Notes: generated by a model not told the origin, from the sequence alone. Counted from the stretch's first letter, positions 38,001 to 45,943 are shown. The stretch is 64,000 nt of DNA from Oscillospiraceae bacterium (GCA_017403885.1 JAFRDM010000066.1:21558-85557); one strand, 5' to 3'. Program-made: numbers and translations.

Positions 38001-38148
38001 CGATCTGTATTGCTCTCCCATCGGCTGCGACCCTGTCAGCGGCCGTCTGCTGTTAAGCCGCTATAAAGACGGCCTGTATTCCGCGCCGCTTTATACACTC
38101 GAGGAGCTGACGGAGCAGGCCATGCAGCGGATCGGACATACGGATTGA
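35074..38148 (+). CDS. TIR-domain transmembrane protein with large C-terminal beta-propeller-like (PQQ/WD40-like) repeat region
   Basis: N-terminus KAFISYRH...LIVICTPETSKSTWVLKEID is TIR_2-like (Glu92). An RERRYQRRR basic stretch is followed by one TM (aa 187-205). After that come repeated ...D..SG..LW... blade-like units across about 810 aa. Confidence 0.8.
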   Translation: MARQYKAFISYRHLPLDMDVAKKVHRAIEHFVLPRALRKDGCRRLGYVFRDEDELPISGELTENIRLALENSEYLIVICTPETSKSTWVLKEIDTFLSLRDHSHVLLVLADGTPAESFPRALTELRDESGAVIGEYEPLAANLVAPTPYARNRRFKTEILRILAALVGCSFDELYQRERRYQRRRTGLLLSLAALVAAVFIGVLLNRNAEISRQLRQSRINESESLAALSENAFRKGDVTQALNYALDALPGTGGERPYVAAAEAALWKTLRPYGSSIFAFSSSIGQETAIVGMVASGDGQKVYTGDPYAKIRAFDLNNGSCLWSFSPEPGRRIDGAQTTGAGDRLLVVYADDGCCLLSGEDGSVLWERDDLDAFLPPRDCGSFLAVGRDDPQDLRLVDAEEGKTLIHFPLHAYGTDGIRLAAISPDESRGAVMLYDDDSTLLLLDLSSGKIVKLAAEIPSEVGSTYMIRFSERNDLAIARVPRNDQAEIYVFSCREGWREQKTILTGYQVRYSDDFSLSINVPLFAWSGDDIVLGMQTAFRSFDAKSGEINWSIDLPGNLCAAEVYDNNSFGLVLDNGRVCFSSGGYLFASASATSFNCSFEVDRALICGQRYLYSSTLVIPQEDENRIAVIRAPQHDDWEMIAASEEDFPAGAGPIFSPSGKKLVLFNSDYVTLSGTAFDLEEGSSFPFSIELPPRYNETTYKGYFFTADRYSGTDGHFSLTEDFVLMNGPVLFRLRENSVDTLPAVEGRERPYDGVYCSTTDAAGHVVTVTVDGGEGILFRWLDGEAQDCLPLPEEASSAVCGGVGADGRVLLLSDDADGNGVCRVYSPVSGSCSPLAETEGEREVLCFGLQKPRLALVDEAGPALFDLESGALLRRFDSELPADSLVRLCFVRDDSLLLAFSKQGDVLIFDAESGALLKRVGFTPTGLTLSKTSRISVREAPERNLLMIFCYEDIYTESACAFLDAESFQLFDLYCSPIGCDPVSGRLLLSRYKDGLYSAPLYTLEELTEQAMQRIGHTD

Positions 38149-38180
38149 GCCCGCGCGGCGTCCGTCCCTTTGCCGTATGA

Positions 38181-38216
38181 AAAAAAGATCCGGAACATTC
38201 GTTCCGGATCTTTTTG
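38181..38216. terminator. Bidirectional rho-independent terminator (TIR gene / rplL)
   Basis: Stem gatccggaac/gttccggatc flanked by aaaaaa and ttttt. Confidence 0.8.
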
Positions 38217-38238
38217 GTGTCTGAGAGTAAGGATCGTC

Positions 38239-38613
38239 TTACTTGAGCTCGACAGTGGCGCCGACGCCTTCGAGCTGGGCCTTGAGAGCCTCGGCGTCTT
38301 CCTTGGAGATGGCTTCCTTGATCTTGGCGTTCGGGGCGCTCTCGACAAGAGCCTTCGCCTCGGCCAGGCCGAGACCGGTGATGGCGCGGACTTCCTTGAT
38401 GACCTTGATCTTCTCAGCGCCGAAGCTGGTCATGACGACGTCAAACTCGGTCTTCTCTTCGACGACCGGGCCGGCGGCGGCGACGGCGGGGCCGGCGGCG
38501 ACAGCGGCGGCGGAAACGCCGAAGGTATCCTCGAGGGCATGGACGAGCTCGCTGAGCTCAAGAACGGTGAGACCCTTGATCTCCTCGATCATAGCGGTGA
38601 TTTTTTCGCTCAT
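38239..38613 (-). CDS. rplL: 50S ribosomal protein L7/L12
   Basis: ...[27 protein letters not shown]...GATVELK. Confidence 0.96.
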   Translation of the reverse strand: MSEKITAMIEEIKGLTVLELSELVHALEDTFGVSAAAVAAGPAVAAAGPVVEEKTEFDVVMTSFGAEKIKVIKEVRAITGLGLAEAKALVESAPNAKIKEAISKEDAEALKAQLEGVGATVELK

Positions 38614-38650
38614 TGTTATTTTTCCTCCAAAATGTTTTTTCTTGCTGCGA

Positions 38651-39187
38651 TCATTCCGCAGCGGCTTCGGGAGCAGCGGACTCGAGAGAGCCGCCCTTCT
38701 GCTCCAGGATCTGGCCGAGGCAGACGGCCAGGCCGGTGATGGGTGCGATCATGGTGCCCAGGACCTTCGCGTACAGAGCGTCCTTGGAAGGAAGCGCCGC
38801 GATCTCCGCGATCTCGGACTCGCTCAGAATCTGTCCGTCCATAAAGGCGGCCTTGATGTTGAAGCGCTCCTTGAGTTTTTCGGAGTAGTCGCTGATGATA
38901 CGGAAAGGCGCGATGGGATCACCCGCGGTGGTAGCCAGAGAAGTCGTGCCGTTGAGCACGTCGTCCAGACCGCTCATTCCAAGCTTGTCCAGAGCCTTTC
39001 TGGTCAGGGTGTTTTTGACGACCGTGTAGTCGATGCCTTCCTTGCGCATTTCGGCGCGCAGAGCGGTATCCTCCAGAACCGTGATGCCACGGTAATCGAC
39101 CAGGATGCCGGAACCTGCGGACTTGATACGCTCGGCCAGCGCTTCGACGATCGCCTGCTTTTCGCTGAGAACCTTTGCGTTCGGCAT
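38651..39187 (-). CDS. rplJ: 50S ribosomal protein L10
   Basis: Typical L10 sequence located immediately upstream of rplL. Confidence 0.95.
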   Translation of the reverse strand: MPNAKVLSEKQAIVEALAERIKSAGSGILVDYRGITVLEDTALRAEMRKEGIDYTVVKNTLTRKALDKLGMSGLDDVLNGTTSLATTAGDPIAPFRIISDYSEKLKERFNIKAAFMDGQILSESEIAEIAALPSKDALYAKVLGTMIAPITGLAVCLGQILEQKGGSLESAAPEAAAE

Positions 39188-39340
39188 GTGTGTTTTTTCA
39201 CCTCCACACGATTGATGGCGCCCAAAAAGAAAACCCCTGCATCCAAAGGACGCAAAGGCACAATAACAATGAAGGAACTCGATTGTTGTTGTCCTCGGCA
39301 GGATTTACGGCCCTGAGGCCACCTGCTGTCTTCGGAGCGC
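39188..39340 (-). promoter_or_regulatory. rplJ 5' leader (probable L10-leader autoregulatory RNA)
   Basis: A structured untranslated leader of about 150 nt lies between the promoter and rplJ. L10/L12 operons in Firmicutes carry such a leader. The structure was not verified here. Confidence 0.45.
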
Positions 39341-39346
39341 TCGTAT

Positions 39347-39375
39347 AATATATCCTATCGTCCCGCTAAAGTCAA
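39347..39375 (-). promoter_or_regulatory. Putative rplJL promoter
   Basis: Minus-strand TTGACT, 17 nt, TATATT. Confidence 0.55.
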
Positions 39376-39403
39376 GGCTTTTTTCAAGTTTTTCCGCTTT
39401 TCG

Positions 39404-39432
39404 TTGACAGTGCCGGGCGGGGATGCTACAAT
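39404..39432 (+). promoter_or_regulatory. Consensus-like promoter of mntP
   Basis: TTGACA (39404-39409), 17 nt, TACAAT (39427-39432). Confidence 0.6.
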
Positions 39433-39472
39433 GTGCGAGTTCTTACTTTTTTCGTGTTTCGGGAGACTTCCG

Positions 39473-40063
39473 ATGAAGCTTGGTTTCGCTTTTTTCCTCA
39501 ACAGCGTGCTCTTCGGCGTCGGTCTTGCGATGGACGCTTTTTCCGTCTCGATCGCCAATGCGATCGCCGACCCGGACATGAAGCACGGCCAGCGCCTTCG
39601 CATCGCGGGCTGCTTTGCGCTCTTTCAGGTGCTCATGCCGCTCGCCGGCTGGCTCTGCGTCCGCACGATCGCCGAGAGCTTCACCGCTTTTCAGAGATTT
39701 ATCCCCTGGATCGCGCTGATCCTGCTGCTCTGGATCGGCGGCAAGATGCTGTTCGAAGGGATCCGCGGCCGCGCGGAGGGAGAAGCGGAGGAAACAAAAA
39801 CGCTCGGCCGCGGCACACTGCTGCTCCAGGGTGTGGCGACTTCGATCGACGCGCTCTCCGTCGGCTTCACGATCGAGGAGTATCCCCTCCCCGCCGCGCT
39901 GATCGAGTCGCTGATCATCGGCGCAGTCACGCTCGCGATATGCCTCGCCGGGCTTTTTCTGGGCCGGACGATCGGGCGAAAGCTCGACCGCATCGCACCC
40001 ATCCTCGGCGGGATCATCCTCATCGGCATCGGGGTCGAGATCTTTCTCACAGGCATTTTCTGA
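39473..40063 (+). CDS. mntP: Manganese efflux pump MntP
   Basis: ...GLAMDAFSVSIA... and ...SIDALSVGF... duplicated DUF204 motifs; six hydrophobic helices; GGGAGA RBS. Confidence 0.88.
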   Translation: MKLGFAFFLNSVLFGVGLAMDAFSVSIANAIADPDMKHGQRLRIAGCFALFQVLMPLAGWLCVRTIAESFTAFQRFIPWIALILLLWIGGKMLFEGIRGRAEGEAEETKTLGRGTLLLQGVATSIDALSVGFTIEEYPLPAALIESLIIGAVTLAICLAGLFLGRTIGRKLDRIAPILGGIILIGIGVEIFLTGIF

Positions 40064-40073
40064 AGAAAACGAT

Positions 40074-40115
40074 AAAACGCAGGCCGCATCCTCTCGGATG
40101 CGGCCTGCGTTTTTG
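40074..40115. terminator. Bidirectional rho-independent terminator
   Basis: 14-bp stem acgcaggccgcatc/gatgcggcctgcgt flanked by aaa and tttt. Confidence 0.8.
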
Positions 40116-40151
40116 CGCCGGCTTCGTTATGCGGAAAGAGAAACGACGCTG

Positions 40152-41498
40152 TCAATTCCGCCATTCGGCGGGATCGAGGTTTTCCATCAGGTCTCTCCGT
40201 TCCCTGTCCGGTCCCACGAGGCTGCGATACAGCCCGAAGCTGTGACAGTCATAAGCATGGCCGCTCTCGTAAACGCGGAAGGAGAGCTCCGCCTGCGAGG
40301 CGTGCAGTGCGAAGGCCTCCTCGGCGACCGTGAAGGCCGTTTTGCCGCCGAAGGCGTCGAGCGGTGTTTCAAAATCCAAAACCGTTCTCTCTTTCTCGTT
40401 GCCGTAGAGGTGCAGATAGGTCTTCGGCGTGTCCCATACGCCCCAGCGCGCCGCGCTCTCGCTCTGATAGCTCTCGTCGGCGGCGAGAACAACGGCCCGC
40501 TCCATACTCAGCGCGGAGAGTATGTGACAGCCCTGCTTGTATTCTCCGTTTTCGGCATGTGTCACGATGACCAGCGGGCGGAAGCGGCGGATCTGTTCGA
40601 CCTGAAAATCCAAAAAGGAAGTTTTGCCGTAAATATACTCCGCGTCTCCGAGAGAGTAGATCTCGCGGTCCGGCGCGTCGTTCACGACGGGATAGTGGCG
40701 GATCCCCGCAAACCATAGCGCATCAAGCAGCTCATGACAGCGGATGCGCAGGCTTCCGTAGTGGGAGATCATATAGACCAGCTGCACGTCCAGTCCCCGC
40801 TCGGCCGCGTAAAGAGGGATGATCCCGCCGAAGAAGATGAACTCGTCGTCGGCATGAGCGGGGAAAAGCAGGATGTCAGCCTGTTCGCAGGGACTCTGCC
40901 AGATCTGCACGTCGTCCGGCATGCGGCCGGGCGAATAGGCGCGGATCTCGCTCAAACGAATGCTCTCCGTCTGCGGAAAACGGATCGTCAGCTCCCGCTC
41001 GCCGCGCGGAAGCGGAACAAATTCGTGCAGAAAGCCCTGCGCGCCGCAGGAAAGGCTCTCGGCGGAAAGCTCCAGCGTCCAGAGCTGCGGACGGTCGTAC
41101 CAGAGGAGATACAGCGCGCCGATGTCTTCGTCGGCCGTAACGAGAAGCTCTGCGCCCTCCGCAAAGCGGCAGCAGGTCTCAGGATTGCCGTCGAGGAGCT
41201 GAGCCGTTGCTTCTCCGGCCGACAGTCTGATTTCCAAACGCCTCGCTTCCGGTTCCGCCGAGGGGAGAGGCTCCGCTGCGGAAGAACTCTCCGGTGTAAG
41301 GGCGGGCTCCGGTGTAAGGACGGGCTCCGGTGCGGAAGAGGGCTCCGGCGCGGCCGCCGCCGGGAGAGAGGCCGCGACGGATTCGACCGGGACGGGCGCA
41401 AGCGCCTCCCGATCCGCGGCGCAGGCGCACAACGGCAGGAGCCCGAGCGCAAGCAGCACCGAGAGCAAGCGTCTCCATCCGGATGTTTTTCTGAACAT
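40152..41498 (-). CDS. PIG-L/LmbE-family deacetylase lipoprotein
   Basis: Lipobox LLPLCAC; Pro/Ser/Glu-rich linker; catalytic-region motif LLFPAHADDEFIFFGG; GAGGAGAGG RBS. Confidence 0.8.
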   Translation of the reverse strand: MFRKTSGWRRLLSVLLALGLLPLCACAADREALAPVPVESVAASLPAAAAPEPSSAPEPVLTPEPALTPESSSAAEPLPSAEPEARRLEIRLSAGEATAQLLDGNPETCCRFAEGAELLVTADEDIGALYLLWYDRPQLWTLELSAESLSCGAQGFLHEFVPLPRGERELTIRFPQTESIRLSEIRAYSPGRMPDDVQIWQSPCEQADILLFPAHADDEFIFFGGIIPLYAAERGLDVQLVYMISHYGSLRIRCHELLDALWFAGIRHYPVVNDAPDREIYSLGDAEYIYGKTSFLDFQVEQIRRFRPLVIVTHAENGEYKQGCHILSALSMERAVVLAADESYQSESAARWGVWDTPKTYLHLYGNEKERTVLDFETPLDAFGGKTAFTVAEEAFALHASQAELSFRVYESGHAYDCHSFGLYRSLVGPDRERRDLMENLDPAEWRN

Positions 41499-41510
41499 GT
41501 TTGCCTCTCC

Positions 41511-43532
41511 TCAGCCCATATGCAGTTGCCGGAACGCGTGAAAGCTCAGATCCATCCGCACAAGCGGCTTGCCGCAGGCGGCGCAGCAGATGAGAGCCTC
41601 GCAGCCGCCGTCCGGCGTACGCAGGATCTCCGCCTTGCCCGGCGTGTGACGCGGCGGCGTATAGCTGTCGATCCAGAAATAGCCGCAGCCTTGACAAACG
41701 TGCTCGGTATGACCCCAGTTTTCGCAGTCAGGCGCGATAAGAGCTTCCGTATAGCGCGGCTCGGCGCAGCTCTCCGGCGAGAGGAGCACGCTGAAGTCAA
41801 AGCGCTCATCCCGCTTGAAACCGGAGATGTCGTTGTTCTCGTTGATTACAAGATCGACCTGCTCGCCTGCGAAGCCGCGGCAGTAGGCACGCCGGGTGAA
41901 GTTGTTTTCAAAAAAGCTGATTGTTCCGACGACCGTATTGTCTTTGACGCTCATCATTCGATCGCGAACGAGCCCATAGCCGCAGTACATGCCGACCATG
42001 CCGCCGGTATGAACGAAGCCGTTGACGGAAGCGTAGCCGCGGATGTCGATGAAGCAGCGCTCTGCCGAGAATTTTCCGGAGGCGACGAGCCCGCCGAGAA
42101 ACTGTTCGCAGTGCAGGGCCGTATTGCGGTCTTCAAAAACCAGCTCCACGTCGGAGCGGCAGTCGGTAAACCAACCGCTGCCAAAGCCGACCATGCCGCC
42201 GACACCGACGATCTTGCCGTGGGCGTAAAGATGCAGTCGGCCCTCGACGCTGACGTTTTCGGCTGTCAGGTCAAAGGCATAGCCCGCGAGCGCAGCAACG
42301 AAGCAGTTGTCTTCGCTCTCCACTTCTGCCAGTACGCCCCTGAGCTGCAGGTCGCGGACGGCCGCGTTCTTTGCGACGGAGAACAGGCCGGCGTAGCGCG
42401 CGTCATAGGGAAGATTGTTGCCGTCGCGGCACTCGGCGATCTCCGTACCGACCGTGCGCAGCGTCAGATTGTAGATGGTGTGCCCCGCGCCGTCGAGCGT
42501 CCCGTAAAAGGGGATCGGCGTCCAGTCTGTCCCGGAGAGATCGATATCCGCCGTGAGACGGTAGCTGCCCTCCGGCGCAAGGGCGATGCCGCGCAGTGCG
42601 TCAGCGTCTCCGATTTCATAAAAGCCGTCCGCGCCCTGCGGCGGGAGAGCTGGTTCGGGAGCCGGAGGCTCGGCTTCCGGCTCGGGGATCGGAGCGGAGC
42701 CCGGCTCCGGCATCGGCGTTGCGGCGTCCTGATCTGCGAGGTATTCGGCGTAGTCCATCGCGATGCGCGCGATCTCGCCCAGCACACGGTCGGCGTCGCC
42801 AAGACCGCTGCTCATCACCGTGAGCAGGAAGGGCCGTGCGGTATAGACGATGCCTGTATCGCAGATAAAGCCCAGCGCGTTTCCGGTCTTGTGAGCGACC
42901 TCATACGCGCCGCGATAACGGCTGAAGCAGCCGGTCGGCTGCGCCTGCTTCATATACTCCAGCAGCCAGCCGTATTTTTCGCTGTTGTTCCAGAGCGTAC
43001 GCAGCGTTCCGATCAGAAAGCGCGGCGAAAACTGGTTGGCGGTGTAGTAACCGCTCGGCAGCTCCGCCGGGTCGAGACCGCAGTTGACCGCGATCGCGGT
43101 GCGGTACGTCACCTGATCGTCTGAGACGCCGGAGCGCAGCGCGTCGGCGGCGTTGTTGCTGGAATTGACAAGGGCTTCCCGGACGGCCAGATCCACCGTA
43201 TAGGCGCCGAGACGGTCCTCGCGCGTGAGGCTGCCCTCCGCGACGCGGTCTGCATAGAGCATGGCAAGCGGAAGCTTGTAGGTGCTTGCGCCTTCCATAA
43301 ACACGTCCGCGCCGAGATACCATTCCTCGCCGCTCTCAATGTCCTCCCAGCCGATCGTGACGCTGCGCGAGGCGATCCCCTTTTCGGCAAGATAGCGCTC
43401 GATCGTCCCGCCCAGACCGTCGGCGGCGAAGTCCGCATCGAAGTGCCATTGCGCCTGCTCCTGAGCGGGCACGGCGGCGATCAGCAGCGCGGCGACAAGA
43501 AGCAGGCCCAGTATTTCGGCGATCTTTTTCAT
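41511..43532 (-). CDS. Secreted class-A beta-lactamase-fold serine hydrolase fused to GLUG-like repeat region and Cys-rich C-terminus
   Basis: SxxK (STYK), SxN (SSN) and KTG (HKTG) motifs in the N-terminal 270 aa. A Pro-rich linker leads to ...FYGTLDGAGHTIYNL... repeats. The C-terminus carries CQGC...CCAACG. Confidence 0.78.
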   Translation of the reverse strand: MKKIAEILGLLLVAALLIAAVPAQEQAQWHFDADFAADGLGGTIERYLAEKGIASRSVTIGWEDIESGEEWYLGADVFMEGASTYKLPLAMLYADRVAEGSLTREDRLGAYTVDLAVREALVNSSNNAADALRSGVSDDQVTYRTAIAVNCGLDPAELPSGYYTANQFSPRFLIGTLRTLWNNSEKYGWLLEYMKQAQPTGCFSRYRGAYEVAHKTGNALGFICDTGIVYTARPFLLTVMSSGLGDADRVLGEIARIAMDYAEYLADQDAATPMPEPGSAPIPEPEAEPPAPEPALPPQGADGFYEIGDADALRGIALAPEGSYRLTADIDLSGTDWTPIPFYGTLDGAGHTIYNLTLRTVGTEIAECRDGNNLPYDARYAGLFSVAKNAAVRDLQLRGVLAEVESEDNCFVAALAGYAFDLTAENVSVEGRLHLYAHGKIVGVGGMVGFGSGWFTDCRSDVELVFEDRNTALHCEQFLGGLVASGKFSAERCFIDIRGYASVNGFVHTGGMVGMYCGYGLVRDRMMSVKDNTVVGTISFFENNFTRRAYCRGFAGEQVDLVINENNDISGFKRDERFDFSVLLSPESCAEPRYTEALIAPDCENWGHTEHVCQGCGYFWIDSYTPPRHTPGKAEILRTPDGGCEALICCAACGKPLVRMDLSFHAFRQLHMG

Positions 43533-45154
43533 TCCTGCTTCCCCGTCCCCGTGCCGCCCGGCTGATAGAACATGCCAAAGGCGTTTCTCATCTCATAGTA
43601 GGCCTCGGCCGTGCGCCAGCCCCCGCCGGTCGAGCCGTCGGGATCGGAGCTGGGCAGATAGCAGAGCGTGTTCGGCAGCGCCGCGGCAAGAGAGGCACAG
43701 TTTTCCTTTCCCATCCGGTTTCCCGGATACCAGAGTCTTTCCAGCCAGTCCATCTCCCACAGCGGCGCGGGGTCGTAACCGCGCGTGTAGCCGACGTTGA
43801 GGTGCCGCAGTTTTTTGCAGTTCAGCAGAGGGGAGATGTCGGTGATGTTGTTGTTGAAGATCTCGAGGTATTCCAGCTCCTCGAGCGTCCCGAGCACGGA
43901 GATGTCGCGGAAGCGCTCTTCGACGATGATCAGGATCTTGAGATGCCTGAGCCCTTCGAGGAAGCTCAGATCGTCGAAAAACATATGGCCGAGATCAAGC
44001 GCGACAAGGTCGGTGCAATAGCGCAGCGGCGAGAGTTCCGCGCTGGTGGCTCTGGGCGCAATGAAGCCGCGGCTCGGCAGGTCCGAGGCGCAGAAGACCG
44101 TCGCGTCGGTGCGCAGGGAGTAGACGGAAAAATGCACGGTCCAGACAAAGCGCGTCTCCGGGTGGCGCTCGCCGAGGGCGGCCATTTCCTCATCGGGGAT
44201 CCCACAGTCGCACATGACGAGCTTTTTCAGCTGCGGCAGAAGGGCCACGGCGCTCTCCAGCGCGTCGAGATCGTCTATCGTTACGCCGCTGAGGTCGATC
44301 TCCTCGGTATCTTTGTCATAACGCTCGCCGCAGAGCGGCACAAGATAGCGCGTTTCTGCCGGACAAAGCGCCAGCAGCTCGCCGAGCTCGTCCGCGGACA
44401 GCTCCGCGCCGCGCAGATCTGCGCTTGTCAGGGCATCAAGCCGCCGCAGCGCGTCTGCGAGCTCTGCGGGATCTCCGTCCGCGCCCGTTTCGAGCGTGAG
44501 CGCGCGGCAGTCGGAGGAGACCTCTTTTCCCCAGAAGCGCACCGTGTAAAGGATCTGCAGCGTCGGCCGCTCCGCTCGCAGGGCGTCGATCTCCCCGGCC
44601 GAGAGCGTGCTTTCGCGAAGATCGAGCGTCCTCAGCTTCGGCAGCAGAGGCAGCAGGGCGCGCAGCTCGTCATAGCCGGCGGCGCGGACGATCAGCGTCT
44701 CGGCATTGCCGTCGACGGGCCCGTCGGCGCTCGGGATGCTCCACCGGATCTCCGTCTCCGGAAGAAACCGCACGGCGGCGGCCAGCGCGGGATAATCCGT
44801 GCAGCTTTGTGCGTCGACCATTTTCAACCGCGGGAAATACTGCAGCAGCGCCACGTCCTCCTCCGGCAGGGAGGAGAGCGTCAGCGTCTCGGAAAAGCTG
44901 TCGAGGCGCTCGCCCCCGATGGGGACGCTCCAGCGGATCGTGCTCCCGGGCAGCGCGGCGGCCGCCGCGTCGTAGTCCGCGGCAGAAAGAGAGGCTTCGC
45001 GCGCGTCGATCAGCTCCGCTCGGCGGTAAAATCGCCCGCCGATCCGCACCGTGAGGAGAAGCAGCGCCGCAGTCGCCGCCGCGGCGAGGACGAGCGTGAT
45101 CGCCGCGATCCAAAGCCACCGGCGTTTTTTGGTTTTCGATCCGCCTGTCTCCAT
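43529..45154 (-). CDS. Membrane-anchored leucine-rich-repeat (LRR) protein
   Basis: TM WLWIAAITLVLAAAATAALLLL followed by repeated L..L..L.L....I.D.. units. Its stop overlaps the downstream start (ATGA). The ATG at 45154 has an AGAGGGAGAG RBS; the ORF-track TTG at 45184 is less likely. Confidence 0.78.
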   Translation of the reverse strand: METGGSKTKKRRWLWIAAITLVLAAAATAALLLLTVRIGGRFYRRAELIDAREASLSAADYDAAAAALPGSTIRWSVPIGGERLDSFSETLTLSSLPEEDVALLQYFPRLKMVDAQSCTDYPALAAAVRFLPETEIRWSIPSADGPVDGNAETLIVRAAGYDELRALLPLLPKLRTLDLRESTLSAGEIDALRAERPTLQILYTVRFWGKEVSSDCRALTLETGADGDPAELADALRRLDALTSADLRGAELSADELGELLALCPAETRYLVPLCGERYDKDTEEIDLSGVTIDDLDALESAVALLPQLKKLVMCDCGIPDEEMAALGERHPETRFVWTVHFSVYSLRTDATVFCASDLPSRGFIAPRATSAELSPLRYCTDLVALDLGHMFFDDLSFLEGLRHLKILIIVEERFRDISVLGTLEELEYLEIFNNNITDISPLLNCKKLRHLNVGYTRGYDPAPLWEMDWLERLWYPGNRMGKENCASLAAALPNTLCYLPSSDPDGSTGGGWRTAEAYYEMRNAFGMFYQPGGTGTGKQE

Positions 45155-45483
45155 GACGCTCTCCCTCTGCGTGCGTTCGTTCAAAAAGCAGAGCCGGGCG
45201 ATCCGACCCTGCCGTTCGCATTATACACCGCCTGCGGTCAAAAGTCGAGTGCAAACGCCGACTCCATCGTCTTCGGCAGCTCCCGGACAGTCTGCGCCCC
45301 GGCCTCGTTCATTTTCCCTGCAATACACAAAGCGTTCTTGAAGAAAAGCGCCATTGCCGGAACACGGTTTTTCTCAGATTCCGCTCTCTTCGACGGGATC
45401 GTCGTCTGCCTCGAAACGAAGCTTCGCCACAGCATGCAAGGGCGCCCAAAAAACGGACTCTGCTCTGCGTTGCCACAGCCGGG

Positions 45484-45531
45484 AAACAAAATACGATTCC
45501 CCAAAATCGCAATCCATACGATTTTGGGGAA
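45484..45531 (-). terminator. Rho-independent terminator of tRNA array 1
   Basis: 13-bp perfect stem ttccccaaaatcg/cgattttggggaa followed on the minus strand by tcgtattttgttt. Confidence 0.75.
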
Positions 45532-45543
45532 CCGCGGGAAATA

Positions 45544-45631
45544 TGGTGGGAGAAGTTGGATTTGAACCAACGCAGCCTTGCGGCAACGGATTTACAGTCC
45601 GCCCCATTTGACCGGACTCTGGCATTCTCCC
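45544..45631 (-). tRNA. tRNA-Tyr(GTA)
   Basis: Minus-strand cloverleaf with anticodon loop CUGUAAA, long variable arm and encoded CCA. 85/88 identical to the copy at 61864-61951. Confidence 0.85.
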
Positions 45632-45636
45632 ATATG

Positions 45637-45712
45637 TGGCGGGCTCTCCGGGAATCGAACCTGGGACGCGCAGATCTTCAGCCTGCCGCTCTACCGACTG
45701 AGCTAAGAGCCC
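45637..45712 (-). tRNA. tRNA-Phe(GAA), variant copy
   Basis: Anticodon loop CUGAAGA and encoded CCA. It has G73 and an A-C mismatch in the T-stem, unlike the copy at 61957-62032. Confidence 0.7.
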
Positions 45713-45715
45713 ATG

Positions 45716-45792
45716 TGGGGTGTGAGAGCGGACTTGAACCGCCGACATCCGGCGCCACAAATCGGCGCTCTACCAACTGAGCTGCTCACACC
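45716..45792 (-). tRNA. tRNA-His(GTG)
   Basis: Encoded G-1 opposite C73; loop UUGUGGC; A-C mismatch in the anticodon stem; encoded CCA. Confidence 0.72.
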
Positions 45793-45797
45793 ATGAA

Positions 45798-45872
45798 TGG
45801 TTGCAGGGGCGGGAGTTGGACCCGCTTGGGGCAGCTTATGAAGCCGCTGCATTACCGGTCTGCCACCCTGCA
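45798..45872 (-). tRNA. tRNA with CAT anticodon (Met elongator or Ile2-lysidine type), variant copy
   Basis: Loop UUCAUAA; U1-A72; atypical T-loop UCCAACU (the array-2 copy has UUCAACC). Confidence 0.6.
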
Positions 45873-45943
45873 TCGGTGCGCCCCGCTGCGTTGCAAACCG
45901 CCCTCCTTTTTGAGGAGACACCAAGGCCGTTGTGATACGGGGC
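45873..45943 (-). pseudogene. tRNA-like remnant / mini-tRNA-like element filling the Met-Leu spacer
   Basis: Minus strand has GCCCCGU...GCGGGGC acceptor-like pairing and an anticodon-arm-like hairpin UCUCC-UCAAAAA-GGAGG, but only about 15 nt where the variable and T arms should be, and no CCA. The corresponding spacer in array 2 is 3 nt. Confidence 0.3.

Noticed and set aside
39433-39472. Expected yybP-ykoY manganese riboswitch upstream of mntP
   Set aside because: The consensus promoter (-10 at 39427-39432) leaves only about 35 nt of 5' UTR, far too short for the aptamer of roughly 100 nt or more. No matching conserved motifs were seen.
40734-45565. Plus-strand ORFs 40734-43124 (796 aa) and 43802-45565 (587 aa)
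   Set aside because: They are antisense to three minus-strand genes that carry lipobox, SxxK/KTG, PIG-L and LRR features, and their own composition is Arg/Gly/Ala-biased.
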